Made by a program: the position numbers and the translations under genes. Shown piece after piece: positions 27,808 to 38,322 of a DNA stretch of 64,000 nt (positions within the stretch are counted from its first letter, which is position 1; each line of letters opens with the position of its first letter). The stretch covers positions 15,639 through 79,638 of IMG/VR virus record IMGVR_UViG_3300033128_000043. One strand, 5' to 3'. The notes beneath the pieces are model-generated. The model ran no database searches and had not been told where the DNA came from. It saw only the letters and a list, made by a program, of their open reading frames with translations. Origin of the DNA: a virus.

Positions 27808-27835
27808 TGCAACAACAGCATATAACTGACTACTA
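27808..27835 (+). promoter_or_regulatory. Candidate phage promoter TGCAAC-N16-CTACTA
   Basis: Matches the motif upstream of four minus-strand operons; 20 bp before the next ATG. Confidence 0.55.
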
Positions 27836-27855
27836 CTTAAGTGGAGGACAACTGA

Positions 27856-28632
27856 ATGAAGCATATTGTGTTTTATAGTGGCGGAGTTGGGAGTTGGGCT
27901 GCGGCTAGGCGAGTCATTGAGTCGTTTGGGAAGGATAATACAATTCTGCTTTTTACAGACACTCTAATAGAAGATGAGGATTTATATAGATTTATTGATG
28001 ACACAGTAAAAGACTTAGGTGCTCAGTTTGTGAAAATCGCTGATGGAAGAACGCCTTTCGAAGTCTATAAGGAGGCAAAATTCCTAGGTAACAGTAGAAT
28101 AGCCCCGTGCTCACATAAATTAAAACAGGAAATTGCTGAGAAATGGGTAAAAGAGAACTTTAAACCAGATGAGTGTGTACTTTATCTCGGAATTGATTGG
28201 ACAGAAGGCCACCGAGCCAAAGCCCCTCAGAGAAATTGGTATCCGTACCAAGTGAAGTTTCCTATGTGCGAAGAGCCATATGTTACGAAGGATGAAGTAC
28301 TTCAGGACATTAAATCAATAGGAATTGAAATACCAAGACTATATAAGATGGGATTCTCTCATAACAATTGCGGGGGATTTTGTTGCCGCGCTGGACAAGG
28401 ACATTTTGCTAACCTTCTAAAACAGATGCCAGAGAGATTCGAAGAGTACGAGAAAAAGGAAGAAGAAATGCGTCAGTTCTTATCTAAAGATGTCGCGATC
28501 CTGAAAAAGACAAAAAATAAAGTGACCTCTCCTTATACGCTTCGTCAGTTAAGAAAAGATATCGAAGCTCAACAAGATGTAGATATGACGGATGTTGGCG
28601 GTTGTGGCTGTTTTGTTGAATCGGTACATTAA
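27856..28632 (+). CDS. PAPS reductase-like (PP-loop) protein
   Basis: 'IVFYSGGVGS' PP-loop, 'LLFTDT', Cys cluster 'GFSHNNCGGFCCRAG', C-terminal GGCGC. Confidence 0.75.
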   Translation: MKHIVFYSGGVGSWAAARRVIESFGKDNTILLFTDTLIEDEDLYRFIDDTVKDLGAQFVKIADGRTPFEVYKEAKFLGNSRIAPCSHKLKQEIAEKWVKENFKPDECVLYLGIDWTEGHRAKAPQRNWYPYQVKFPMCEEPYVTKDEVLQDIKSIGIEIPRLYKMGFSHNNCGGFCCRAGQGHFANLLKQMPERFEEYEKKEEEMRQFLSKDVAILKKTKNKVTSPYTLRQLRKDIEAQQDVDMTDVGGCGCFVESVH

Positions 28633-28687
28633 AGAAAATAGGATAATACCGAAAAAATAGTATTCCTAATGGTAGGGGTGGTGGACG

Positions 28688-31600
28688 ATGAGTAAAGGTA
28701 AACAATACGTACTCCGTTTCACTGCCCTTTTTTGTAATGAAAAAGGGTATGTGCTTGGATTTAACAACCATACAGCAGCTAACAGTAAAACAAAAGTCCC
28801 GCTAATGTTTAATCCTTGGAGTATATATGACGCACAGAAAATTGAAGGAGGGTTATATGGCCAAAAGGTGTTAAGTGGTGAAGTTGTTACTGGAACCATA
28901 GCAGCAAGATTATCGAATACAAAACAAGGTCATCCATTCCAAGGTATTGTAGGGGAGACAGGAAAGCACCTTTATGGTTCTGCTTCAGGGGCCGCTCACG
29001 GGCACAAGTATTCAGGGGAATCATTCGTACCAAGTACAGTGTCCAAAGGGGTACCTAAAGCTTTAAGTGAAGTGATAGAGCATATTGGGGCTGCAGCAAT
29101 CATAGAGGCCAGACATAACGAGAGAAATAAGAAAGGAAATACCTACAAACTTGGGGTAGAGAATATTAACTCCTTGGCAAAGAAAGAAATTGAAAGTCAT
29201 GAGGGGATAAATACAGACGTAACCAGGAGTTTTAAAAAACTCGATGCTCTGTTTGGCAGCTATGATGAAAACATCCTTTCAAGTGGGCCAGTAAAGGTAG
29301 GGTACAACAGCTATAGTGATGCCGCAGATAGATTATTTGATGTTGTGGGTAGTAATTCTACTGTCTCTCAGGTCAATAGATTACTTACTTTAAATTATGG
29401 TTCGAGAGCGCTAGAGGCTGCTAAAGCAGAATATGTGAAAAGCAAAATAGGGGGTATTATTTCAAAGACTTCTGGTGAAAAGGTTATTTCATCCAACCAG
29501 ATGACAACTCCTGATGATCTAAAAACAAACAAAGTGGCCCATACAGAGATAAATCATTTAAATCAGACGCAAGCTGAACTAATTTTAGATAGAACAGCTA
29601 ACCCAAAGAAGGTAAAAAGAGGCACCAAGTCTGCAGAAGCAGACCTTTCTAGATACAAAGAAAATAAAGCAATTCTTCAGATTATTGGTGGTCGCAATGA
29701 CTTCGGTTCTAACGCATTAGGTGCTAATGTAGCAGGCATTCAAATAGAAAGTAACCAAGCCCTGAAACTCTCACCAGAAGGAAAAAGCCCTGAACACTTG
29801 GCAGAAGGGTTCATTGAAGAGGAACAATCTACCCAACAAATAGACCTCAATGGACTCACCAATGCGGATATAAGGGAAGTTAACACAGAGGGAAGCCTGG
29901 GGGAAATATCAGAACTATTCTGGTTTAGAGAAGAGGAAATGGATAGTGGAGAAGGCTATCCAGCTGACTTGATAGATAAAGAATCAGATACTTACTCTCC
30001 TAAACTCAACGATACTTTTAAACTGCTGATAAGACATCAGGAAACGGATACAGAGATGGGAAGTGGCTTTATATATGAGAGTACAGAAAGCGAAACTTTA
30101 CCGTATTTCATGGATTTAGGGAAGATAAAGAATCCTGATATCAATGTTGCGGCAACAAGAAGCAGTATCAGCCAATTAAAGATGGATCCAATTACATTAG
30201 ATGAAAATGGGTTATCTAGCCATACAAAAATTGAAACACAACTAGAGTCAGATTTGGGCTTTTGGTCCCTTGGACAACAAGAGGAACTAGATAATATCGT
30301 GGGATTGATTAAGGGAAACACTGCATCTATTCGAAACACGGATACTCTGTTGATCCTTAGCGAAGTCGAGCGCGGAAAGCAGCCTGAGGGTAAAGTGGGC
30401 ACAGACGTACTTGGCCACTACCATGAGGCACAAATTAAAAATCTCCAGCCGGTTAACATAAACATACCTGCTTATCTCAAAGAGTCCTATAAATCCCCTG
30501 AGGAAACAAGGATTGAAAGAGATGTTGTACTAGGTATAGACATAGGCACCCAAAGCGATTCAATTATACAAGCCCACTCAGTTTATGAAGTTTTTACAGA
30601 GGATATAGACACAATGCTAATTACTGCTAGTGAAGCAGGCATGGGCTCAAAAGAAATTAGCTCTGCCGTCCGTTTATATTCCTCAGGAATTACTACTGTA
30701 GAAAATGATGAATTGAGCATGCATGCCTTAAATAATGCTGTTGTAGTAAATGATCGAGAGTTGGTTGTTATTAAAGAGAACAAAGCAAGCATCAATCATA
30801 CTACAGTACATGGGGAAATATTGAAATCAGGTGAGGCAGGAATTTTAGCACAAGAATTGGATGTAGGTGTTGATCAAAGCCTTAATGGAAAACCAGTCGA
30901 ATATGAGGTGCGGGTAGGCAATTACGGGGTCGAGGCTTATACGTTAATAGAAGCAAATTCAGGAGTTTTCTTGGAAGCTTTGAGTGAATCGATACAAGCG
31001 AGTGAAGTAGAATCTGCACAGACCAGTACCTCCAATGCCATCAGAAATGAAGATGTCCTTCAATCTGATACAGTAACACACAACCCTAGCAAGCTTTTCC
31101 ATGAAAGTGAAGAGGAATTAATTATTACACCTCAGATGAATACTACTTACCAGGTAGACAGTAACAAGACTACACAGATAATCACAGAAGCAGCTGGAAT
31201 GAAACAAAGTATCGATAGAATAGCCGATGTTGGGAGGGTTTCTCCTGGACATGTACTTTATATTGAGCAACAAGGAGAAATCAATGGACCATTCATATTC
31301 GATAGGCAAAGAAATTCAGGAGAAATTCAATTAAACGTAAATTATCTTGGCGCGTCTGAGGATACGATAGTAACAAAAATACAGGAGACTTCTTCAGGCG
31401 AGGCAGCGATAATTGACCAACCATTGGATATGATGTCAACTGATCTCGCGTCAGAGGCAAGCGAATCCATAGATACTAATGTCATTCTGCCGTCTTATGG
31501 AGATCAAATCGATAGTTACTTGATTAGTGAAATCAATGCCGCAGATGATGGATATAAGGTCACTAGTTACCTGATTGATATTACAGAAGAGGATGAGTTT

Positions 31601-32056
31601 TTAAAACACACTACGATTAGAGTAGATAGTGAAGAGGAAAATGGTGCGGTCAAAATAAGTAACCAGTTCGTAGAAATTGATGATGAAACTCTAGGAGAAA
31701 TCAGTAGATTGGGGCTCATTTCTTTAGGTATAGAGAAAGAGAGTCAAAAGCTATTAGAGTCTAATATTTCACTAGAAGAGGAAGGATATGCTGTAAATCA
31801 AAGTGAAAGCACCCTCTCATTCAATGATGTAGCGCAAGCTGATGTACCGCATCAATACAAAGTGCAAGCTACTGAGGAAGATTTGATGACTAAAACAGTA
31901 GTGAAGAAAATCGAGCTAGTCTCGGAAGAGTTAGGGGAAGATATTATGCCTCCTGAGCCTCCTTGGGAAGACAAACCTAACAAAGATAAAATTTGGCTTA
32001 TTGGCGGAAAGAATTACCCAGCATGGAATAACTGGAACAATAAAAAAACGAGGTGA
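28688..32056 (+). CDS. Large fibre-like virion protein
   Basis: 1122 aa, acidic and low-complexity, with an aromatic C-terminal 'KIWL...YPAWNNWN' cap; lies in the tail cluster. Confidence 0.55.
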   Translation: MSKGKQYVLRFTALFCNEKGYVLGFNNHTAANSKTKVPLMFNPWSIYDAQKIEGGLYGQKVLSGEVVTGTIAARLSNTKQGHPFQGIVGETGKHLYGSASGAAHGHKYSGESFVPSTVSKGVPKALSEVIEHIGAAAIIEARHNERNKKGNTYKLGVENINSLAKKEIESHEGINTDVTRSFKKLDALFGSYDENILSSGPVKVGYNSYSDAADRLFDVVGSNSTVSQVNRLLTLNYGSRALEAAKAEYVKSKIGGIISKTSGEKVISSNQMTTPDDLKTNKVAHTEINHLNQTQAELILDRTANPKKVKRGTKSAEADLSRYKENKAILQIIGGRNDFGSNALGANVAGIQIESNQALKLSPEGKSPEHLAEGFIEEEQSTQQIDLNGLTNADIREVNTEGSLGEISELFWFREEEMDSGEGYPADLIDKESDTYSPKLNDTFKLLIRHQETDTEMGSGFIYESTESETLPYFMDLGKIKNPDINVAATRSSISQLKMDPITLDENGLSSHTKIETQLESDLGFWSLGQQEELDNIVGLIKGNTASIRNTDTLLILSEVERGKQPEGKVGTDVLGHYHEAQIKNLQPVNINIPAYLKESYKSPEETRIERDVVLGIDIGTQSDSIIQAHSVYEVFTEDIDTMLITASEAGMGSKEISSAVRLYSSGITTVENDELSMHALNNAVVVNDRELVVIKENKASINHTTVHGEILKSGEAGILAQELDVGVDQSLNGKPVEYEVRVGNYGVEAYTLIEANSGVFLEALSESIQASEVESAQTSTSNAIRNEDVLQSDTVTHNPSKLFHESEEELIITPQMNTTYQVDSNKTTQIITEAAGMKQSIDRIADVGRVSPGHVLYIEQQGEINGPFIFDRQRNSGEIQLNVNYLGASEDTIVTKIQETSSGEAAIIDQPLDMMSTDLASEASESIDTNVILPSYGDQIDSYLISEINAADDGYKVTSYLIDITEEDEFLKHTTIRVDSEEENGAVKISNQFVEIDDETLGEISRLGLISLGIEKESQKLLESNISLEEEGYAVNQSESTLSFNDVAQADVPHQYKVQATEEDLMTKTVVKKIELVSEELGEDIMPPEPPWEDKPNKDKIWLIGGKNYPAWNNWNNKKTR

Positions 32057-32060
32057 TCCT

Positions 32061-33134
32061 GTGGATCTGACTAGAGTATCGTCAGGGTTGATATTTGATG
32101 ATCACTTTGATCGATTAGACAGTAAATGGCTGGTTTCTCCTTCCAGTGCTGCAGAAGTAGTAGAGGAAGGACTGAAGTTAAGATTCAATTCCATTGAACG
32201 AAGCACTAATGCACTATACGAATTACCTGCGGAAGATAATCTTCTTCTGCAGGTTTATGCAGATTACACACCTACTGATCATGATGCAAAAGCTGGGTTG
32301 GTAGTATGGAAAAACGCACAAGAAAAGATAGAGTTTTTAGAAGAGTACGATAAAGATAGTGAGAAGGTTTTCGGGACATGGCAGGCTGTAAAACGCAGTA
32401 GATTATGGTCATTCTTCGCTAAAAAGAGTGGGGTATGGGAGCTCTTTGAGTCAACTATATTAGATGGGCACACCATGTCAGGAATTGTTTTAAAGGGGGA
32501 AAGTACGGCAGCAGCAACAATAAAGAGGGCAATAATGTGCAAAGGGAATGAGGTGATTGTCTCCAGCCTTAACGAAGGTGATGTGGTCATCAGAGAAGAT
32601 ATAGATGGGAAAACTACATCGAATAAAGTACCTGTAGGATATACAGGAGTAACCTTGAGGCTAGATGAAGTTCCTTTTACAGGTAGATTGATAATAGAAA
32701 GGGCTGCAGATGACAGTAAAATCAGTACCCCTCTAATAGATGTGTATGGAGGGGATGTATTCTCTTTAAGCAGTTCGCTTACTGCGGACATAGACGGTAT
32801 TCCTTTTAGTGAAGTAGATCCTAACGAGCTAGGAACTCTCCGAGGTGGAGAAATCATGAAGAAAGTACGTATACGTAATTTGAATGACAATAGCCTTGCT
32901 AAGCAAGTAAAGGTGTCTGTAAGGGCGTACAATAAGGGTTTTGGTTGGAAATGGTGTGACATAGCATCTGACAATGGAGGAACTCCTGGGACGTTCCTAG
33001 ATGCGCTAGATTTAGGCGACTTACCAACCAATGGGGAAGTATTCTTTTGGTTGCGTGTGACTAGGCAAACAGAAGAGCACCCAAGCAACTTACTAAGGCC
33101 AGCTTATTTGTACCTAGACATTAGCCATAACTGA
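32061..33134 (+). CDS. Tail protein with ConA-like/lectin beta-sandwich N domain
   Basis: GTG 32061 after RBS GAGGTGA; 'IFDDHFD..LDSKW' and 'KAGLVVW' resemble GH43 C-terminal lectin folds. Confidence 0.5.
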   Translation: MDLTRVSSGLIFDDHFDRLDSKWLVSPSSAAEVVEEGLKLRFNSIERSTNALYELPAEDNLLLQVYADYTPTDHDAKAGLVVWKNAQEKIEFLEEYDKDSEKVFGTWQAVKRSRLWSFFAKKSGVWELFESTILDGHTMSGIVLKGESTAAATIKRAIMCKGNEVIVSSLNEGDVVIREDIDGKTTSNKVPVGYTGVTLRLDEVPFTGRLIIERAADDSKISTPLIDVYGGDVFSLSSSLTADIDGIPFSEVDPNELGTLRGGEIMKKVRIRNLNDNSLAKQVKVSVRAYNKGFGWKWCDIASDNGGTPGTFLDALDLGDLPTNGEVFFWLRVTRQTEEHPSNLLRPAYLYLDISHN

Positions 33135-33150
33135 AAAAGGATGTGATCTG

Positions 33151-33840
33151 ATGGGAAGTAAAATGGCAGTACATCTCTACGGGCCGAGTGAAACAGCAAC
33201 TTATAGTGATGTTGTGTACAACGTCAATGAGGAATTTTTAAATAAATACGGCAGGGAGAATCCGATTTTATCCTTAGAAGGCACGTATGAAGTCGGCATA
33301 ATTAATATAGACACCTATATAAATGGCAAATTACTTTTAGCGGACAACCAAGTTCATATAGATGATTCAACCATTAAACTACTCTCTACATTTACAGAGG
33401 GGGATGTAATAAACATACGATTATGGTATGGCAAGTATAAAGGTGAAGGTCCTGCAGCAGTTAGCGGGCTTGATATGTACCGTGTACAGAGAGAATTGAT
33501 TGATGCCAGAGGTAAGTTTCCTTTTAACTACAACACTTTAGGTGCCAGATTAGATGACATCCAGCAAATGATTAGAGAGTTAAATGGAAGTACTGAAAAC
33601 ATAGAAGTCTCTTACGAATATGACATAGATGGAAATGTAGTAAGTGAGTTAGTCTCAGGTGCTTACAGGCTACGCAGAGATTTTGAATATTATAATGATC
33701 CACCGCTGCAAGGGGAGCTGAAGACTGAGAGTGTGTACAGATTTGATTCCAATGATCAGCCGTTCCTCCACACTAAAAAACGATTTGAGTATAATGCCAA
33801 GACACTCAGGATTGAGAAAATAACGAATGTTAAAGGATAA
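33151..33840 (+). CDS. Hypothetical virion protein
   Basis: 229 aa, RBS, tail cluster. Confidence 0.55.
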   Translation: MGSKMAVHLYGPSETATYSDVVYNVNEEFLNKYGRENPILSLEGTYEVGIINIDTYINGKLLLADNQVHIDDSTIKLLSTFTEGDVINIRLWYGKYKGEGPAAVSGLDMYRVQRELIDARGKFPFNYNTLGARLDDIQQMIRELNGSTENIEVSYEYDIDGNVVSELVSGAYRLRRDFEYYNDPPLQGELKTESVYRFDSNDQPFLHTKKRFEYNAKTLRIEKITNVKG

Positions 33841-33857
33841 GTCCTGTCTCTTATAAT
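33829..33857 (+). promoter_or_regulatory. Candidate late promoter GTTA-N19-TATAAT
   Basis: Recurring motif; 23 bp upstream of ATG 33881. Confidence 0.5.
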
Positions 33858-33880
33858 GAGCGTGACTTGGAGGGGATTAG

Positions 33881-34303
33881 ATGGACCAGTATTTAAATAC
33901 GCAGATAAAAAAGACCAACAAAGCATTAGAGGTATTGAGGGAAAAAACGATTGTTTTTGTTATTCCTTTACTACAGGCAGGCCCTTTTGATTTAATAATC
34001 CGGTTTCCCTATTCAGGTGAATTTAAAGAGGTGTATGCATCATGCAGTAAGCCGACAGTAAATAACATTGTGATTGATATTGAAAAATGCAGTTCGGCGG
34101 ATATCGAAAACACCCCCAAGTGGAAAAGCGTATTTAATGTACTTCCTGAGATAAAAAGTGGAAACATTACAACCTCAAGTAGCCCTAAAAAGGCGGAATT
34201 TATTCAAGAGGCAGTAAATCAATCAGATCACTTTAGGGTCAATTTCAAAGAGGTGTCTGGTGAAGGGACAATAACAATAGAGCTAACAATTAAATTAACT
34301 TAA
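33881..34303 (+). CDS. Hypothetical virion protein
   Basis: 140 aa beta-rich ORF with RBS GGAGGGG. Confidence 0.55.
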   Translation: MDQYLNTQIKKTNKALEVLREKTIVFVIPLLQAGPFDLIIRFPYSGEFKEVYASCSKPTVNNIVIDIEKCSSADIENTPKWKSVFNVLPEIKSGNITTSSSPKKAEFIQEAVNQSDHFRVNFKEVSGEGTITIELTIKLT

Positions 34304-34317
34304 GTGGAGGAGATAAT

Positions 34318-34818
34318 ATGGCGGCACCGGTTATTTCTTGGAGAAGTCAGGACAATAGTCAAGCTGTAGCAGCATGGGATAGTGGAATAGTGGATGCAGG
34401 CACGACCTCCAAAGATTTTGGGGTCTTAATTTGGAACAACTATAAAGGCAGCACAGACTTAGCAACAATGACAAACTGCACTGTTACCACCAAGGATTCA
34501 GCTGGAGGTAATACCGGAGAATTAGTACAAAACCAATGGGTTCAGGTACTGCTTGTAAGTAAACAAACAGGTAGCGAAACAGCCAGAACAAACATAGGTG
34601 GGAGCAAAACGCACCCAATTGAAGCAGCTGGCACCACACAGAACAGTTCAGGAGCATCCATTGCAGGAGCAAACGAGATTTTAGGTGTAGCAAATGATGG
34701 ACAAAAAGACAATTCAAAAGGGAATTTTGCTGAGCTACTTCTTCGGTTAGATATTCCAGGAAATGCGACTTCAGGTAATATTGATTTCCTAACAAGGGTT
34801 TCTTACCAATTCACGTAA
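34318..34818 (+). CDS. Hypothetical virion structural protein
   Basis: 166 aa, RBS GGAGGAG, 'GVLIWNN' motif. Confidence 0.6.
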   Translation: MAAPVISWRSQDNSQAVAAWDSGIVDAGTTSKDFGVLIWNNYKGSTDLATMTNCTVTTKDSAGGNTGELVQNQWVQVLLVSKQTGSETARTNIGGSKTHPIEAAGTTQNSSGASIAGANEILGVANDGQKDNSKGNFAELLLRLDIPGNATSGNIDFLTRVSYQFT

Positions 34819-34827
34819 GGGTGGAGA

Positions 34828-35451
34828 TTGAGTATGAGTAGTAATTACGCTGTCGAGGGGAAAGGGGCTAACTCTTTCCCTCAAGACTTTTTATGGCTTG
34901 CTGAGTACCCAGATGGGACAAATCTAGCGGAATATGATGTTAGAAAAGAGAGTTACAATAGCTTTTACAGCATAGATAAGAGCAAGTTATTTAGATTTGG
35001 GCTAGTCGGACATGGAAGCCACCTATACTTTGAGCGTGATGGGGTTTTCAACATCGAGGGACGAAGAATACATTTTATATACGAAGTAGACGGGAAGGAA
35101 ATACCGCTGAACGGTGATTACAGACAGAATATAGTGGATATCATCACTTTTAAAGAGGCTGAAGCAACTAGCAACATGATCCCAATGAGAAATGAAGGTA
35201 CATTTTTTAATCAGATAGTTTCATATAATTTCGGATACAAAACAAAGAAGGTTTTTGCCGGACATGTCATTCATTTTAAAGCCATCGTTCAAATCAAGCA
35301 GGATGTGCCCGTAAGCATCCTAATAAAAATGACATCTGACAAAGAACTGAATGGGAAATTTAATATAAAAGTGAACGGGTCGAATAGCTTTAGCTGTCAA
35401 GCACCTATCGCTAGTAACCTAGGGGGTGAGCTGTCTTGGGTAGTAAGTTAA
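34828..35451 (+). CDS. Hypothetical protein
   Basis: 207 aa ORF in the tail cluster. Confidence 0.55.
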   Translation: MSMSSNYAVEGKGANSFPQDFLWLAEYPDGTNLAEYDVRKESYNSFYSIDKSKLFRFGLVGHGSHLYFERDGVFNIEGRRIHFIYEVDGKEIPLNGDYRQNIVDIITFKEAEATSNMIPMRNEGTFFNQIVSYNFGYKTKKVFAGHVIHFKAIVQIKQDVPVSILIKMTSDKELNGKFNIKVNGSNSFSCQAPIASNLGGELSWVVS

Positions 35452-38288
35452 ATAGGGCAGAAGTAGAGCGAGTATTGGAATCCACTGCATACAATTTAGA
35501 TGGCAGTGTAACACCTGTATCTGAAAAGGTCAGAAATTATAGAAAATACCTTAATGAAGAGGGAAAAGTAGAAGTTACAGTTCATTCATATCCAGTCCAG
35601 ATAAACGTAGCGGGTAAATGGGAAGACATTGAAAATGTCGTGACCGATGAGGCAAAAGAGTATCTAGTAGAGAATTTTACTGAACGTCACATGACAAGCA
35701 GGATTATATTAGATACTCAAGATATTGAAGGCATATCTGTTAGGGGCAGAGAACGTGTACCCAATCTCATAAAAAAGTTAGATAGCAGCGAGATTAAATA
35801 CCCAAGAGAATTTACATGGGTTGACGGTGCGTCAGACATCAGCGGTGTTATTGAACTGCCTTATGATGACTATAGTGATGTATATGTCGCCTCAGACTTA
35901 ATAAATGGCGAACCTGACATTGTTTTTGTACCAAGGAAGGTGTCAGAAGAACAAGAAAGGCCTTATTATACACAAGAAGATGGTAAAACCTTTGTATATG
36001 TCAGTCACTTCTCTGGAGGGGGTGGCATACAAAGTGACCCTTATCTTGTTGAAACTGAGGATGATTTGGATAAAGTACGAGAGAAATTAAGCGCTTATTA
36101 CATCCAAACTGCGGATATAGTGATGGCTAAAAATCAAACAGGGGAAGGATTTAAACCCATAGGAACGTCTTCACAGCCTTTTACGGGTTTTTATGACGGC
36201 AGAGGGTTTAGTATTGCCAACCTATATATCAACTCTACTCAAGCAAATACAGGGCTATTCGGACGAATTGGTGGAACATCTACAATAAAAAGATTAACCC
36301 TTATTAATGTAAACGTCACAGGCGGCCAGTATACTGGGGCGTTAATTGGATTCATGGATGCAGGAACTTTGTTACATGACTGTATAGTTAAATCAGGGAC
36401 AGTACTAGGGAAGGGAAATTATACGGGCGGAGCTATAGGCTATGCAAGTAATTCACAGGTCTATCGGATACAGTCACATGCAGATGTCGCAACTGAAGGT
36501 AACATCTACTGTGGAGGACTTATTGGACAATTCTCTAATAGTAGGGTAGGTTCCTTAGCATACTCACTTTCAACAGGAAAAGTACAAGACAGTTCTCCTG
36601 GAAAGACAGGAAAAAATATTGGTGCTTTTATAGGTAACCTTGGAAGCATTAATTCTATAGCCGCAAATTTCTATGACTCTACAAAAGCAACAATAATTGA
36701 TCCATATGTTAGTGGAGCCACTACGGATGAGTTAAGCAAAACAAGTACGTATAAAGCGGTGGGATGGGATTTTGCGCTGAGATTTAAAGAGCCTGACCCT
36801 AAAATTAACAATGGTTACCCTAATCCACGACCTTTAAGCCTATTGGAACGTGGCAGGGGGGTTAAAGGAGATCCCTACCGTATTAACTCTCCTGAAGAAT
36901 TGTTACAAGTGACACATTTCCCTTGGGCATCATTTGAATTGGAGAATGACATAGACCTAAGTATATACCAAGATGGATTCCCTGGGATAGGTTTTGGGAC
37001 TAACGTTGGTTGGGCAGCTATAGACACTGAGGCTTTTCAAGGGCAGTTCGATGGGGCAGGATATTCAATAGGAGGGCTATTTATAAACCAGCCAACTTCT
37101 GATTACCTCGGTCTTTTCAGGTACACGGTTGGTGCGGAAATCAAAAACTTAACTTTAATCGATGTAAAAATTACTGGAAGGAGGTATTGTGGTGCGCTAG
37201 TAGGGTCACTGCAAGATACCAAATTAAGTAACATACATCTAAAAGAATTTGCCGGAAGTAGCATGGTCGGAACAGATAATTTCGGGGGTTTAATAGGTCG
37301 AGCATTTGGTGTTGAGTTGGAGGATGCTTCTGTCACAGTAAATATGGTATCCGCAGGTGGCACGTTCGGAGGAATAGTTGGGAACATTTCCGATACAACC
37401 AAAGACACGATCATGAAAAGAGTATCAGTAAGAGGTAAGATAGTACTATCTACAACATCTAACACTAATTACAGATTTGGCGGACTTGCCGGAAACATGA
37501 GTACTAGCCCTTTACTGCTGGAAGACATATATGTGAACGTATTTGCGGGCACTACTAATAGCGTTATGCCTGTTATGGGAGGATTGTTTGCATCATATAT
37601 AAGACTAACTTCCACAGCCCGCACAGAATTTAGGCGGATCATAGCAAGGCCGGATAGGTTAACTGATCCTAAAAAGGATCTAGTCTACCCTCTAACCACA
37701 TTTAGCACTACTTCACACGTTAGTACAGGAATTGTTTTTGATCAGACGTTTTATGATAAGGATACGGTAGGAGCTACTGCATATGTAGCTGGCTTTCTTC
37801 CAAAGTACACCGTAGAGCTACAAGATAAATCGACATATAACAACTCATGGAATTTTGAATCAGTATGGAAGCATGATTCTGACCTTAACAATGGGGTGCC
37901 AGAGCTAAGAGTAGCATTACCTATTGCTATTCCTGGGCTAGGTATAAGGGATAGGTACGGGAATTATTATACAGATGCTAAGGGAGATATACTACGTTAT
38001 TTAGATTACGGCAATATGGTGGCAGGTGTGACAACTGCAGCTAAACAGCTATTTTTGCAAAACAACTCAGGATCATCTTTTTCAGACGTTGCAGTGTGGA
38101 CTGAAGGCAACGATGACGCAGAAATAGAGTTAAGTGAGCAAGTTGATCCTTTCACGCCAGAGAAGCGCCTAGAGCTACAAGAACTTGAGGACGGGGAAAG
38201 TCACCTAGTGTATGCCCGCTTGAAGACAAATGTTGCTGCCTCTGGGGTTGGTTACATTGATTTATTTACAAAAGCAACTCCAAAATAA
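35436..38288 (+). CDS. GLUG-repeat beta-helix protein, candidate receptor-binding protein
   Basis: Two modules starting 'GxGxxxDPY.(V/I)...L', with repeated GLFG/GALIG/GGLIG/GGIVG motifs. Confidence 0.7.
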   Translation: MGSKLNRAEVERVLESTAYNLDGSVTPVSEKVRNYRKYLNEEGKVEVTVHSYPVQINVAGKWEDIENVVTDEAKEYLVENFTERHMTSRIILDTQDIEGISVRGRERVPNLIKKLDSSEIKYPREFTWVDGASDISGVIELPYDDYSDVYVASDLINGEPDIVFVPRKVSEEQERPYYTQEDGKTFVYVSHFSGGGGIQSDPYLVETEDDLDKVREKLSAYYIQTADIVMAKNQTGEGFKPIGTSSQPFTGFYDGRGFSIANLYINSTQANTGLFGRIGGTSTIKRLTLINVNVTGGQYTGALIGFMDAGTLLHDCIVKSGTVLGKGNYTGGAIGYASNSQVYRIQSHADVATEGNIYCGGLIGQFSNSRVGSLAYSLSTGKVQDSSPGKTGKNIGAFIGNLGSINSIAANFYDSTKATIIDPYVSGATTDELSKTSTYKAVGWDFALRFKEPDPKINNGYPNPRPLSLLERGRGVKGDPYRINSPEELLQVTHFPWASFELENDIDLSIYQDGFPGIGFGTNVGWAAIDTEAFQGQFDGAGYSIGGLFINQPTSDYLGLFRYTVGAEIKNLTLIDVKITGRRYCGALVGSLQDTKLSNIHLKEFAGSSMVGTDNFGGLIGRAFGVELEDASVTVNMVSAGGTFGGIVGNISDTTKDTIMKRVSVRGKIVLSTTSNTNYRFGGLAGNMSTSPLLLEDIYVNVFAGTTNSVMPVMGGLFASYIRLTSTARTEFRRIIARPDRLTDPKKDLVYPLTTFSTTSHVSTGIVFDQTFYDKDTVGATAYVAGFLPKYTVELQDKSTYNNSWNFESVWKHDSDLNNGVPELRVALPIAIPGLGIRDRYGNYYTDAKGDILRYLDYGNMVAGVTTAAKQLFLQNNSGSSFSDVAVWTEGNDDAEIELSEQVDPFTPEKRLELQELEDGESHLVYARLKTNVAASGVGYIDLFTKATPK

Positions 38289-38322
38289 TACATCTCAATA
38301 CAATGAGATAGGGCGTGATTAG

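Noticed and set aside
27856-28632. Complete Dnd phosphorothioation or sulfate assimilation pathway
   Set aside because: No partner genes in the window; only the single PP-loop gene is supported
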